This document shows positions 13,101 through 26,100 of a stretch of DNA of 64,000 nt, one piece after another. Numbering within the stretch: position 1 is the first letter of the stretch; each line of letters begins with the position of its first letter. The stretch comes from Camelus ferus (lineage: Eukaryota), in assembly GCF_009834535.1 (NCBI RefSeq), contig NC_045698.1, positions 107,694,001 through 107,758,000 of the forward strand, given 5' to 3'. The position numbers and the translations under genes are program-made. A model generated the notes under the pieces. It was not told the DNA's origin. It saw only the letters and a list, made by a program, of their open reading frames with translations, and searched no databases.

Positions 13101-14229
13101 CCTCACTTACTCAATTCATAATTTAAAAAGAGCACTTTGGATTTTAAAGATCAGGTGGCATGCAGTGGAAAGGGCACAAGAGTGGCAGTCAGATAATCTG
13201 GATTCTAGTCTCAATCCTGCCACTGGCTACATTAAAGTTGCCTGTCGGAATAGTCAAAGGAGTGCAAGGAGGCTCCTAAAATTACATCTTTCCAGATGGA
13301 AATCTGGAGTGAAGTGTGTGTGGGGGTAGGTAGGGAAGGTGCTTGGCGGAGAGAGTACCTTGGCCACAGAATTTCCAGAAAAGAGATTTTCTCTGTTTGG
13401 ACTTACGCATTTCACATGCCCCCCCGACCCCGCTTATGGGGGCTTGAGCAACAGAGTACCACCCATGTGCCTGTGTCACCTGAACTGTGGAATGAGGGGA
13501 GGAGAGGACAACTTGAAATAAGGGACTGTTCATTGAAATAATGCATTCTGGGTGGTCCTGTACCCAGAAAATACACACAGTATGCAACATTACATTTCCT
13601 GATCCCCTGAAAATCAAACCCCTGATCTCAAGCTTTTTAGTACCATGAGCTCATCCCCTTGGCTAGCTGTTAACAGAACCAGAATTCATCTCTGCTTCCC
13701 TCTCAGAAGGACTCCCCAGTCACAAGATGCCCCAAGGGGAACCGGGCTATTCCAGATGGCTTTGATCCATGCCAGTACTCTTCATTATGTAAACTTTCCC
13801 TCTGACAGCTCACGCGGAGCATGTCACATCTTGAAAGAGGAGTTTTCATTAACTAGTTTGCTGCTGCCAAATGGAATCAGTGTATTACGTGGCCTCCTGC
13901 CAGAACGTCAGGGGGAGAGAGAGCTCCTCTGTCTGCAGCACCAGCCTGGCTCCCATCACCAAGTGGAAGCCTCCTTTTTTCAGAGACCAGTGTATTTCCT
14001 ACCTCATGGGGAACAAGGTCTCTTGACTGCTTTAGCAGGAAAAGGTTGCATGGCCGAGGCAGAAATCAGAGTAGAATCCAGGTGTCCTGACGGACTGTGT
14101 TGTGCTCTTCGCACTGGATACTGCTTAATGTTTAAAATCTGAAATGTCATTTTTAAAATGTGAATCGAGTAGAATTTGATAAAGGGTGTGCATGTATTAC
14201 AGAAAAACTTGGCCATCATCTCTACTTCC

Positions 14230-14800
14230 CTCTCCCACTTCTCTGCCATATGTAGTCAGTGAGTACTTTCTACTTACTACATTTCTTAAGTACTTCTAAA
14301 TATCTTTACTCTTTTGGATCTTCACTTTCTAGGCCACCGTCATCTCTCTCTTGTGCTAATGGCCACTGTCTAAAGTGGGTTCTCTGCTCACAGCAACAGA
14401 GAAAGTCATATCAAATATAAATCTAGTTTTGGCAGTCCCCTACAGAACACTTTTCAGTGGCTCCTGTTGCCTCTGCCTCAGTTTTAACTCTTGGACAAGG
14501 TTCCCTCCTCAACTCTTCTTGCTCAATCCTCAGACCCATTTCCCATCATGATAAAGTGATCTTTTCTATTTCTTTGAAATAGCCAGCTCTCCTCTTTTTC
14601 ACCTCAAGGCCTCAGCATATGGCATCCCCCGCACTTGGAGTGTTCCCCTCCTTCCCACCACCACTCCCTCCTTTTAGACATCTGCGCATTCTTGGGTCTC
14701 AGGTGAGAGGCCTCTCATTCTAGCAGTCTCTTCCTCATCTCTGTCTGGCTGAGCTGCCTCTGCTGTTTGCCTCCATAGCACCCTACACTATTTAATTCCT
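14230..14800 (+). mobile_element. L2 fragment
   Basis: Pyrimidine-rich sense L2 3' region (CAGTGGCTCCTGTTGCC; CAAGGCCTCAGCATATGGCATCCCC). Confidence 0.5.
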
Positions 14801-15529
14801 ACTCATCTGCTTTCGGTCACATCAGACTCGGCACACAAACCTCAATCCCTTTATGTACACATAGGCACATACCACACAAACACACATCCTTCACTGTAAG
14901 AGTTTTGTGATGTTAGTGCCTTTACTGATGGCTGGGAAGCCACAGGGAAAGAACACACAACACACTGCAGAACGGGATGTGCTGCCTCTCACAGGTCCTG
15001 CCTTTCATCTCCTGTTTGTATCATTGTTGACCAAAATGAAGAGTCGTCTCCATGACAAACCCAACATCTACCAAAGGCACTTGTAACTATCAATCACATT
15101 TTTTTCTTGTAACCCATTTTTCTTTAATTTCCACATAAAAGGAAGTGTTTCTCTTAGGACATTGTAGAGCACAAGTCCAGTTTCCTTTATCCACAACAAC
15201 CCTTTGTTTTCTCAGCTTCTTCATTCAAGATATAAGTAAGTGACAATCATTGGTAGAGTTCAGGTTCTTGGGGTAATTCACATCTAAGTTGGAATTCTTA
15301 AAAAAATTATGTCTGGTGATAAAGTTTTAGGAAGCATCCTAAGAATGACTAGGCTGTTGGGGTGAACATGGTTATTAAGTCCCCTTGAATCTTACCTTGC
15401 AGGTATCTGTCCAAGGTTCTGGAGCCTCAGGGTTAAAACTTCATGTTTATGATCCCATGACCAGTTCTTCCCCCAAAGTCTTTTGAAACTCCAGTCGTGT
15501 GTGTGTGTGTATACACCCTAACCAAAGTC

Positions 15530-16207
15530 ACTACTAATTCTCTACTAGATCAAATAAATAACCTCTTAAACAAGTGCACTACTTTAATCCTTGTCCTCCT
15601 ATGGTTGATTCTCACAATAGTAGCTGAAATGATGTTTTAAAAAGGTAGTCATATCACTCCTCTGTTTAAGCCTCCAAAGGCTGCTTGCCTCACTGAGTGA
15701 AAACCAAAGTGCTCAGCATGGTCTCGAGGCCTTCAGGATCTATCCTCTGTTCCCGTGCTGGTTTTCTTTTCCTGCTGTTGCCCTCCTCTCCATCTCACTC
15801 TGGCCACACTGTCCTCTTCTGTTCCCCACACATGCCATACCTGCTCCCACTTCATGATTTTTTCCAAGGGCTGTTTTCTTGGCTAGACACACTGCACTCT
15901 CCTGCGCGTTTCCACATGGTTCACCCCTTCCTCTCTTTCAAGTCTGTGCTCACGTGCCCCTTCCTCAAGGAGGTCTGCCTTGATCACCCTATTAAAAATG
16001 AGCACCTCCCCACAGCTCTTCTGATCTATCACTGTTCTGTTTGTTTGTTTTATTCCATAGCTCTTATCTATAATGCACCTACTTACTAGGCTTATTATCT
16101 CTCTTCCCCAGATAGCATGCACTTTTCAAGAACACGAGGTGATGTGGTTGTGTCACTGATTTATCTCTGTCATCTAGAACAGGTGCTCAATAAATGTTGG
16201 TTGAATA
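15530..16207 (+). mobile_element. L2a-type 3' end
   Basis: CTCCAAAGGCTGCTTGCCTCACTGAGTGAAAACCAAAG...CCTTCCTCAAGGAGGTCTGCCTTGATCACCC; ends GCTCAATAAATGTTGGTTGAAT. Confidence 0.8.
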
Positions 16208-16799
16208 TGTTAATGGAAAATTGCCTACTTCATAGTTTCACCAACTTACTTATCAGCTTTTTGAGAGGTTATAAAACACTTCAGGTCAAATTGTAAACTT
16301 CCAGTTAGTCCCAGCTGAGGGTGTAATAGCTATTCTTGTGTTATTTACTTCCTGGTTAGAATTGACATTCTATTGTTTCAAAAATTCATGTCACAGAGAA
16401 CGTTTTCAGCTACTTTGTAAATCCTCCTAAGCTCCTTGGTTACTCACCATCTTCCTACCCATCCCTTCTAACCCTTTTTATTGGTTTGTAACATGAACTT
16501 TAGCATTTCATTAACCATTCTTATCTTCCCATCTTGCCTCATACCATGTTTGGCCACACTTTTGCATCTTTTCCTTAGACACCTTTTAAGAAAACACTTG
16601 CTTTTACGCCTTGATAGCTTCTCATTCATCTCACATCACCTTGATAGAGTATAGTCATAACTAGAAAGATGAGAAATTAGTTTTCTACCATTCTAAATGG
16701 ATATCTGAGTCTATTACTAAACACGATACATTTAATTTATAGGAGACCTAAATATGTACTCAAAGCCTTTTCATTCTCATATATGATTTCAAAATATTT

Positions 16800-17160
16800 T
16801 TTTATTGCCCAAAACTTAGCTTAACTCAACAATAATTATTTTTCATGAATCAGATTTACTGGGCTCAGCTTCTTATCCACAGAGGTCACGTAAGTGGGCA
16901 CATTCAACTGGGATCTAGAATGTGACTGTGTCCAGGAGGACCTCCCATCTTCCAGGGTCTCTCTCCCCTCTTGGCCTCTCATTCCTTCTGAGTCTTTTTA
17001 CAGCCTGGAGGCTGGCTTCCGAGAGTGAAAGTGACACTGTCAAGCCTGGGGTCCAAACTGGTAAATCATGGGAGAATTCTGTTCATCAAAGCCAGTCATA
17101 GGGCTGACCCAGATTCAGATAGATCTGCCTATTGATGGGAGGAATTGTAGGCAACCACAG
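16800..17160 (-). mobile_element. MaLR LTR (MLT1H/I-like)
   Basis: GGGCTCAGCT...CATCAAAGCCAGTCATAGGGCTGACCCAGATTCA...TTGATGGGAGGAATTG. Confidence 0.6.
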
Positions 17161-18190
17161 TTGCAGATCAACATCCATACTTTTTTCTCAGAACTTAAAA
17201 GATAAGGAGTGCAATTGAGAATGTGTGGCTAGAGGTAGAGACTCAAACAGTTGCAGAAACTTTGGCCAATCAAATAGTGTTTGTTGGTGTGAGTGTGTAT
17301 GTGTAAGTAGGTGGTGATAGTGGAGAGGACATGTAAACAGAAAAAAGACTTAAGATTCCTAAAAGCACAGCACTTTGTGAGACATTTAATATGAAGGCAA
17401 AAAGTCTGTTGGATCCCCCAGAACATTCATGTGTCATGGGATTGCATAGTAATTGATGTGCCTGATGCTAAGTTATCAAGGGGGGGGGGTTATTTAATTA
17501 CATGTATACTCTGTTCCAGTAGATAAAGAAATGTTTAGTTCATCATAGAAATTTTATAGGCAAGAAAGGTGTATTTTTTTTAAATTTTGGGACTCAAAGG
17601 GGTAAATTTTAATTATGTGAAATTCGCTTATGAATAATAGTTTATTTCCCATCTACATCAGGAAAAAAATGAGTCTTCTATGTAATTTTTAAAGTTTATT
17701 GTTTTAAGCACAGGCCTGCACATGTAGTGGATACTGGGTAAATGACTACTTATTAAAATCAGGCCATGAGCAGAAGCTGAGGGATGGGGCTATTACCATT
17801 CTATTCAAAGACAAGTTTCCTATTCCATGCAGGTTAATCTTACAGCTTCTAAAAATATGAACAATAGCCTTTTTCACAGAACTAATGGTACCTGGGTGGA
17901 TTAATTACCTTTTTGTTCCCATTAACCAGTGGCAGGGATGCAGGGCCCATAACGCAGAGCCAAGGAAGTGATATTAGTCATGGTTTAGTTGCAGATCTTG
18001 AGAGAGAAAATTGGGTTAATGAGAGGGCATGGGGATCGAGCTCCTTAGGCCCTGGTGAAGCACAGCAAATAGGATTAGACAATGAGCAATAGGATGAGGA
18101 CGAGCAAATTCCTATTCTGAAAAACCAAGGGGTGTGAGCAATTTCCAACAAAGGAGATAGAAGTTAAGTTCTTGCCGGAAGAAAGACAGT

Positions 18191-18543
18191 ATTTAGACAT
18201 AAAAAAGAATAAAATAATGCCATTTGCAGCAACATAGATGGACCTGGAGATTGTCATACCACGTGAAGTAAGCCAGAAAGAGAAGGACAAATACCATATA
18301 TCACTTATATGGGGAATCTTAAAAAAATGAGACCAATGAACTTCTTTACAAAACAGAAACAGACTCACAGGCATAGAAAGCAACATTATGGTTACCAGGG
18401 AGGGTAAGGGGGAGGTGGGGAAGCAGATAAATTAGGAGTTTGGGATTTGCAGATATTAACTACTATATACAAAATCAGTAAACAACAAAGTCCTACTATA
18501 TATAATATAGCACAGGGAATTCTATTCAGTACCTTGTAATAGC

Positions 18544-18590
<47 letters not shown>

Positions 18591-18735
18591 TAACATATTC
18601 CTTTTTGTTATAGGAATTATATATGTGTGTGTGTGTGTGTATAATTGAATCACCATGCTATATACCAGGAATCAACACAACATTGTAAACCAATTATACT
18701 TCAGTTAAAAACAGTAAATAATAATAATAATAAAG
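18191..18735 (+). mobile_element. 5'-truncated L1 (ORF2 end plus cetartiodactyl-type 3'UTR)
   Basis: AATGCCATTTGCAGCAACATAGATGGACCTGGAG, (AAT)n tail, candidate TSD AGAAAGACAGT (18180-18190) / AGAAAAACAGT (18736-18746). Confidence 0.9.
18546..18586 (+). repeat. (AC)~20 microsatellite inside the L1 3'UTR
   Basis: Read directly from the sequence. Confidence 0.95.
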
Positions 18736-19009
18736 AGAAAAACAGTCTTCTTGTTGAACTCAACTCACCTTTGATTGCTCTTCTCCTCAGATGTTAACGA
18801 ATGCCCTGGAAGTAAAGTCCAGCATGGCTATGTCTGTAGAATCTGCCTTCTCTAAGAATAATCTGAGAAATCTACATAGGTTGGCTCCAGTTAAAGAAAC
18901 ATGTCATACTCAGTGTTCATGATGCTTGATTCTCCAGCCTCTTGGACTTGTCCAGTGACAGGGAACACTCTCACATTACAGGGTTCAGTTAATTAAGAAC
19001 GACGTTTCT

Positions 19010-19235
19010 GAAATCAGAAAAGCTTACTTGAATTCTGGATTCATAGCTTATCAGTAGTGCTTTGCCTGACAAAGTGGCTTAATGTCTCTAAACCTCAGTC
19101 TGAAAAATGCTGAGGGTGGGGAGGAGGGGTAGTAATTACATCACAGTGCTGATGAGGGGCTAAGTGAGCTGATGGACCAAAAGCACTTATCAGAGTCCTT
19201 GGCCCATACTCAGTTCTCTATAAAAGTTGTTATTA
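19010..19235 (+). mobile_element. MIR SINE
   Basis: GGCTTAATGTCTCTAAACCTCAGT...AAAGCACTTATCAGAGTCCTTGGCCCATA. Confidence 0.65.
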
Positions 19236-20908
19236 ATTTTTCAATTCAGTCCACAAATGCCCACCATTATCTTTCCATTGAAACAACACAGTTGAAAGTA
19301 TTTTGCATCCTTATCTCCTTAGATGTTTTTGTAATTCTGCGTAGGAATCATCATTGTTGTGAGTCTTCCAAAGAGAAGCTAGTTCTCTTTCGCTTGCAGA
19401 TTAAGAAAGGAAATTTTATCTTGGTATCAAGGTTTGTTAGACAAAGATGGTCTTGGGCAAGATAGTGTATCCTTCACCCATTTCTTGTCCCATTGCTCCT
19501 GTTTATGGCCCCTTCATCCCTAGATGTCAAATAATTACGAGATAGTTCTGAGGACTCTGCCATCAGTTGTCTGTATCTTGGGAAGATGGGCTTTGAGTTT
19601 CCTCTCCTGGGAGTTTAAATACTTAGTTTGACTCTCAGGACATTGGGACTTTTCTCACAAAAATGAATTCCAGGCAGCAGGTACAGGTAGAGTCTAAGAT
19701 TGTTAAAGTTCACAATATGTGGGCAGCTAATATGTTCTACCTACATTGACTGGTATCATTTTTTCTTAAGTGCCTGGAGGTCAAGGGGGAATTCTGGCTA
19801 CTCAGTTGCTACCACCTTATTAGAGAAAGAGCCTAGACTATTTAGACATGAACAAGTTTTCATGGAAAGTGGGATGGTCAAGAGTCAAGGACTGTTAACA
19901 CTGGCAGGGAATCATTCTCTTCTAATCTTCTCATCCTTCCAGAAAGAAATAGGGTAGGGTAGGGATTTAACCTGAGGTCCAGAGGTAAACTACAGTGTGC
20001 TCAAAGTCAGAGAGACTGAATGTCAGAACCTCAGCTAGGATCCAGGAACATGAGGTTCCAGACCTGCAGTTCCTCACCAGTAATCAAACACTCTAGCTTT
20101 TCTTTGGAATGGTTTAAACTCCTTGAACCTGTGAATAGCATGCTGGTCTCTTTTCCTAAAACCACTTCCTAATGCTTCGGTGCCATTCCCTCCAAAGATG
20201 GCTGTGTGCACACCCAGGTTGAGTGGTTTTGTTTCATAAACAGCCCTGAAAGTGAGAGATCCATAACCTTGCTCAGCGCCAGGAGGTTGCTTTGGCTGGA
20301 TGTCGGCTGAGGATGAGCCTCTCTCTCTGTTTGCACGTTGTTTAGCCACCCTGCCTTCTGCACAGAAGTAAAACGCAATGGAAATGCGAATGCATTTGGA
20401 GATACATTTCACATAATCAAAGTAAGGCTGGAGTCAACAACCTGAATTTAATTACCGTCCTGACAGCTGGGAGGCAATTAATCCTTCTCTTACTCCTCCT
20501 TCCTCTGCCCAGCTTCAGAGTGTCATTTCTCCCGCCTCCCCCTTGTACTAATTAGAAATATGCTGTAGTGTGAAAGGTGACCAGTGTGAAGCTAGCACAG
20601 TGTGACCAAAGCCCCTTTGTTAGGAGAGAATGCTCTCAAGTAAAGGAGACTGATCCGTAGCACAGGAGCATCTACTTCTGGAAAGAAGAGCTGGGTGTGG
20701 ATCTGGCCCCAAGGTCCTACACTGTCTCTGTCCGCCTGCCAGCTCCACAGCTTGAGCAAGTCCCTCGGTATCTCTGTGTATGTCTCCATAGCTGGGAGTC
20801 AAGGACTCTCAGCTTTTCTATTGCCCACTGTGTATCAGAGCATAAAATAAACGTTAACAGGTTTAGAATAGTAAAAGCACCATCCCAGTGTATGAGATGG
20901 AGACCTGA

Positions 20909-21252
20909 TGTCTTTGTCAGCTCAGCTGCCATAACAAAATAGCACCGGCTGGATGGCTTAAGCAATAGACGTTTATTTTTCACACCTCTGGAAGGTCGGT
21001 AAGTCCAAGGTCAAGGAGCTGGCTGCTGTCTCCCTATGTCCTTACATGGCCTTTTTTCTTTGGATGCATGTTGATTTATAGAGAGATTTCTTTCTTTCTC
21101 TTCTTGGAAAGCTACGTGTTTTTTAATTGGATTAGAGCCCCATCCTCCGGACCTAATTTAACTTTCTTTACCTTCTAGAAGCCCTGTCTCCAAGTACAGT
21201 CACATCGGGGCTTCAGTATATGAATTTTGGAGGAACACACTTCACTTTGTAG
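20909..21252 (-). mobile_element. MaLR solo LTR (MLT1A/B-like)
   Basis: TGTCTTTGTCAGCTCAGCTGCCATAACAAAATAGCACCGGCTGGATGGCTTAAGCAA...AGTCCAAGGTCAAGG...ATATGAATTTTGGAGG. Confidence 0.85.
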
Positions 21253-21595
21253 TGCCTGAGAAATGGCTTTCTGTAAATGAAGCCATCAACTAGATTCAGA
21301 GACCTAGGACCCGGAAATGTAGAGGATGCCCACTTTTAAAGTAATGTGTTTAAATTTGGGGGTAAGTTTTTAGACATTGTTCTCCCTTGTCACCCTGTCC
21401 CCTTCACTTCACAACATCCCTCTAGCGGTAACCGCAGGCTCCATTTCAGCCCTGGAGCCAGTGAGGAGAGATTCCAGTACCCCATGTCAATGCCAGAGAC
21501 CCAATGTAACCTCCTTCATAGACCCCTCCAATGTGGGATTGAGCTTTTCTGGTCTGTCCTAGGTGCCAGACTGCTACCTATTTGTTTTAATCATT

Positions 21596-21617
21596 AAAAA
21601 AAAAAAAAAAAAAAAAA
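21596..21617 (+). repeat. poly(A) tract (A22)
   Basis: Read directly from the sequence. Confidence 0.95.
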
Positions 21618-21986
21618 GAAGGAAAAAAAAATCAACTTTAGGATTGAGGGTGAGGAAGATTAATTACCCCAGGGGAGCTGTAGAGGTAAAGTGCCTTTTC
21701 CAGGTCACTGGTTAGTTAGATCTCAAAATGGGGCTATAACAAAAACTTAACTGAATCCTAGTAGGAATTTTAGGTTTGTAATTAAGCTCCTCCATAATTC
21801 CTTTCTCCTAGTTAAAGATGATTATGGCCCCAAATCTCATTACATTAACTGGATAACTCTTTCCAGATGTAAACTACTTGTAGAAACACAAAAAATAAGA
21901 ATACTTCAGCTTAAATACATCCTTCTTTTCTCCAAGTGCTTTCTGTCCATCTGGGCTGCATTTCTTACCCAAACCATCATGCTGGG

Positions 21987-22013
21987 TTTTTTTTTTTTTT
22001 TTTTTTTTTTTTT
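21987..22013 (+). repeat. poly(T) tract (T27)
   Basis: Read directly from the sequence. Confidence 0.95.
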
Positions 22014-22329
22014 AGTTTCTTTTTCCCCTTGAACTTACCACTTGATTTCCGGAAAACCATAGGAGCCAACCATATATGAGAAGTTCTGTGCTTGCATCAT
22101 TGTAGTTGAGACTTTTCCCAAATGCCAGATGTAGCAAGATGTGTGTGAGAGAAAAGATAGCACATGAGGAATACCTCACCAGTACCCTTGTAGTTTGAGG
22201 TACAGATTACACTGTTCACTGCTCCTGTCTTCACTGTTGACTAACCATGTGGCCTTTGAAGAGTCTCTTTTCCATTCTGGTCTTCAGGCCACTCTGTTTA
22301 AAATACAGGGACCCAACTGTGTCAGAGTG

Positions 22330-22620
22330 GCAGATGGGAAGTCTTCAGGCTGAATCCGGCTTTTAAACTGCTTTGTTTGGCCTGCACAGTGCTTTGAAAA
22401 AAAATGGGACATACTACGTAAAATGTAGAGTCCTGACTTCTCTTGGAATATCTGCAGATCTGGCAAAAATGGGTCCACATTCTTGCATAAAAAAAAGTTA
22501 GCTAGTTCTCAGTTGTGGCTGTTACCTCAAGACAGGCCATTCATTGCTCCCTGGTTGATCAAGTTCCCTGCTTCCCCATGCCAGTTCACTCTTGTGTGCT
22601 GTCTGCCTGGCCTGTGACTG
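22330..22620 (+). mobile_element. MER103C-like hAT DNA transposon
   Basis: TTTGTTTGGCCTGCACAGTG...CTTCTCTTGGAATATCTGCAGATCTGGCAAAAATGGGTCCACATTC. Confidence 0.6.
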
Positions 22621-22944
22621 AGGGACCCCTGGGACAGGTGGTCCTCAGGGTCCTTTCAGTTCTAATTCCATGTTTTAGTGGCTCATCTCTCCATCACCAT
22701 GAAAGCGACCACCTTAAAGGCCAAGAAAGAATATGAGACATGCTGCACATCTGTGGTGGCCCTCATTCTGGTATTCCAGTGACCTGGGAGTTTTGCTTCT
22801 CTTTTGTGTCCTAACTCCATAGGCCATCCATTTCTCAGGGACAGTGTCCAAAATAATATGAACATAACATGCTTTGAAGTAAGCTCGTAGGCCTTGGGCT
22901 GCCATTGGTTGCCTGAGGGCCTTTTTAGGCAGATCTACTCAAAG

Positions 22945-23110
22945 TATTAGTAGTCATAGTAGTAGTAAAAATAATTATTAAACTATTGTCATAGTAGTAG
23001 TAATAATCATTAAAATTATTATTAAATCATTGAAACTATAATTATTACAGTAATTATTGTTTATGATATTATTGAAGCATGAATTTTTTTTTTTTTTTTT
23101 TTTTTTTTTT
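22945..23110. repeat. AT-rich low-complexity tract with a 16-bp direct repeat and T27
   Basis: GTCATAGTAGTAGTAA at 22953-22968 and 22988-23003; poly(T) at 23084-23110. Confidence 0.85.
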
Positions 23111-26100
23111 ACTACTTACTGAACCCAGCCGTGAGCCAGTCACCCTGAGTCCTACAGCAGTATCAGCCTGGCTGCCGTCCTCATGTTCTCTCCCCTAATG
23201 ACCTGGCATGACATGTGCACATACTCCCATGATATGTGACAGGAGGGGAAAATGTGATCATTTGGAATGTGCCAAACCTTTCAAAAGAACACAAATGCAC
23301 AATGTGAAACCAAAGTCCCAGTTCTATTTGTTCTGCCACGTGTGAAAATCACTGTTTTTCTCTAGATAAAAATGAAAAGTAGAGAAACAAGGAGCAGTAG
23401 TTTACGAAACAACTCTTTGCCACCACCTTGGAATTATTATCCCCTCTGCCTCCTTGAGCTACCCCAGCCAGTAACGTGGCTGGGCGTTTTACTTCTTGAT
23501 CCTTTTAATTTCACTGCAAACCTACCGATTAATTGTATAATCTCCATTAGCAGAGGAAGGTATGGAGATTCACAAAGGTTTCCTGTGACTTGCACAGGCT
23601 GTAGATCCAGAATGTGGATCCTTGACATTGAAACTCAAAGTCCAAACTCTCGATCACAACCCTGTTTTGCTGCCACTGCCAATAAAAGATTTTACTGAAT
23701 GGTCTTTGGGAGCCCCCTAACATAGATGGTCTGTGATTTACAAGAACAGAATGGCATACGAGCTAGACCATGTCTTGCCTTCTTTTCCATATGTTGGGGA
23801 GGCGGATTCAGTATGAACCCGACACTCTTCTTTGTAGTCAGTAAACCCAGGCCATGATTATTACCAATGTACATACTCACAGTACTCATAAAACAGTGAG
23901 CACAGGCACAGCAGCGACTATTTTCCCCCATAGATATCCCCAATATCCCAAAAAATCTTTATTCTTAGTTAACAATAAATATTAGTTGAACAAATATATG
24001 CATCTATGATGAACCAATGAAAGATTTAATAATGTGAAGGATTGTCTCTGTCTAAATGGAGCAGTGTATGTTCTTGAGAATTTTACTTGGTCAAACTTAC
24101 TACTGCAAGTTCCTGCAGTTGCCATGTGAGCAGGGAAAACACAGCTTCATGAATCAGCACCATCAATCATGCCAAATGTGCTGTATTGGACCCCATTTCC
24201 AAGGCTCCCTGAGTGTTGCTTCTGTTCTGGACACGCTCTTGTGGCCTCCTGTAACCACGAGGGGGCAGTGCATGTTCACTCAAGCCAGGAGCTGAAATTG
24301 TTCTGAATAATGCCATCTGACAGTCTTTGTGTGGTCTTATTCCTGGGAGATGTCTGCATGGTGCTTACAGGTGTGGAACAAGATTGCGTTCTGACTCCCT
24401 GCAATGCAAACAAGTTGTGTGGTTGTAATTGTTTAATATTTAAATAGTGGGGGTAAAAAGTAGGTTCAGTGCTTATGTTGGGCTGACATGACACCATGTG
24501 GTAGAAAGGCAGTAAGTGACTTACCTTGCCCATTTTACAACTTTAATCTTGCTGGGATTAATTCCATCTGCATGTGAAAGGCTGGCTCAGACTTCATTCC
24601 ATGGCTAGCACATAAAGCAGCACCCAATTCTAAGAGTTAGTATTTCTGTTTTTCAAACAGGAAACCAAAAATGTCAGGGATGTGAAGGAATCTTAGTGTA
24701 TCTGTAACTTTATGGTCCTGCGGCCACTATTCTAGCAACAGATCTCAAAATGCACAGCTGTGGCTCCTGGGCTCTGCCATGTTCCCATTTCGTGGGCTTT
24801 TCAGGTATGGTGACAGAACAGCCTCCTCTCTTGCTGAGGAAGGGTTGGCTGTTCATTTTGGAATTTACATTTAGTCACTATGGAATTACTTCTATTCTTT
24901 CCAAAAAGAGAATACTTTCACTTAGGTGGCCAAGAGGTTTGGGGAATTTATTTCCATAGATAGGATTTTGAACTGATGCTAAGTATTAATCTTGGGATGA
25001 GATCATTAGACCTGATGGCCCAAGACTTTGCTTACAGTTGCTAGTGTAAATGCTACATTGCTCTCTGTGCCTGCTGGAGCCTAGTTTGACTTGTCTGCCC
25101 TATCTCCACAGAAATCTCTATGTTTCTGAGTTTTTCTTATTTTTCCTGAAGATATTTTTACTTTTGTTCCAGTCTTTCTCTGGCATCCTGGAAACTCAGT
25201 CATTCAGGAATTAGGGCTGCCATGTTGTGCAATTCCAGGGGCACCATTCATATTGCCTCCTATGTAAATATCATCCCTTGAAGTGCAGCTCCAGCTGGAA
25301 GTAATCAGACTCCAGTGATGGTCCGAGGATGAAGCCCAGCTATCTTGCAAGGTCTAGCCAAATGCATCTCAAACTGAGGCCAAGAAAATGCTTATTTTAG
25401 TAAGCTTTCCAGGTCATTTTGAAGTAAGTGATCAATTGACCACTGTTTGGGAAATACTGTCTTTCCTAGAACATCCCTTTCAATCAGGCAGGGGAGTGTT
25501 CCTCTGTTCAACTTGGAGGAGAAGAACCAGAACCCCATTAATTATAGAGTAACTCTTCTGTAATCCAATGGTATCAAAGCTCAAAATGCCTGTATTCACA
25601 GCCATTCTGTTACCAAAACTGTAGCTGGCCATCTGGGGGCGCTGCCTCTCTCTAGAGAATATGTACACATCCATGGGACTCAAATCTAGCTGACCTGTGG
25701 CTTGTGCAACCATTTGTTGTCTGACTGTCTGGAGTTTTCAATTGAAAAATATGTCTTTCAGAAAGATACATTTCTAAATGTGGAATTTCTTGGTTTGTAA
25801 AAAAAAAAAAATGTTGCTTTTAAGTTCAAATTTATGAAAAATATAATGTGGGATAGACAGAACTCCTCCATGGGCCAGATCCAGGTCATGGGTTGCCAGT
25901 CTGCAATCCTGGTGTAATACCTTGTTGGTTTTGAGATGGAAGGGGCCTTGGATTCTGCTAGGTGAGTGGAAAGGATACCAACCACGTGGTCAGGGAAACA
26001 CGATTTTAGTCTCAGTTCTGTAATTCATTAGCTATGAGACCTTGAGTTGTTTGCCTCATCTCTCTGAGTATCAATATTTTATCTGAAAGGAGAGATGGGA

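Noticed and set aside
18392-18583. CV-repeat ORFs here and at 40151-40353
   Set aside because: They are translations of (AC)n microsatellites.
20074-20412. 112-aa minus-strand ORF as a coding exon
   Set aside because: No recognisable protein similarity or clear splice context; the region is better treated as a candidate non-coding element.
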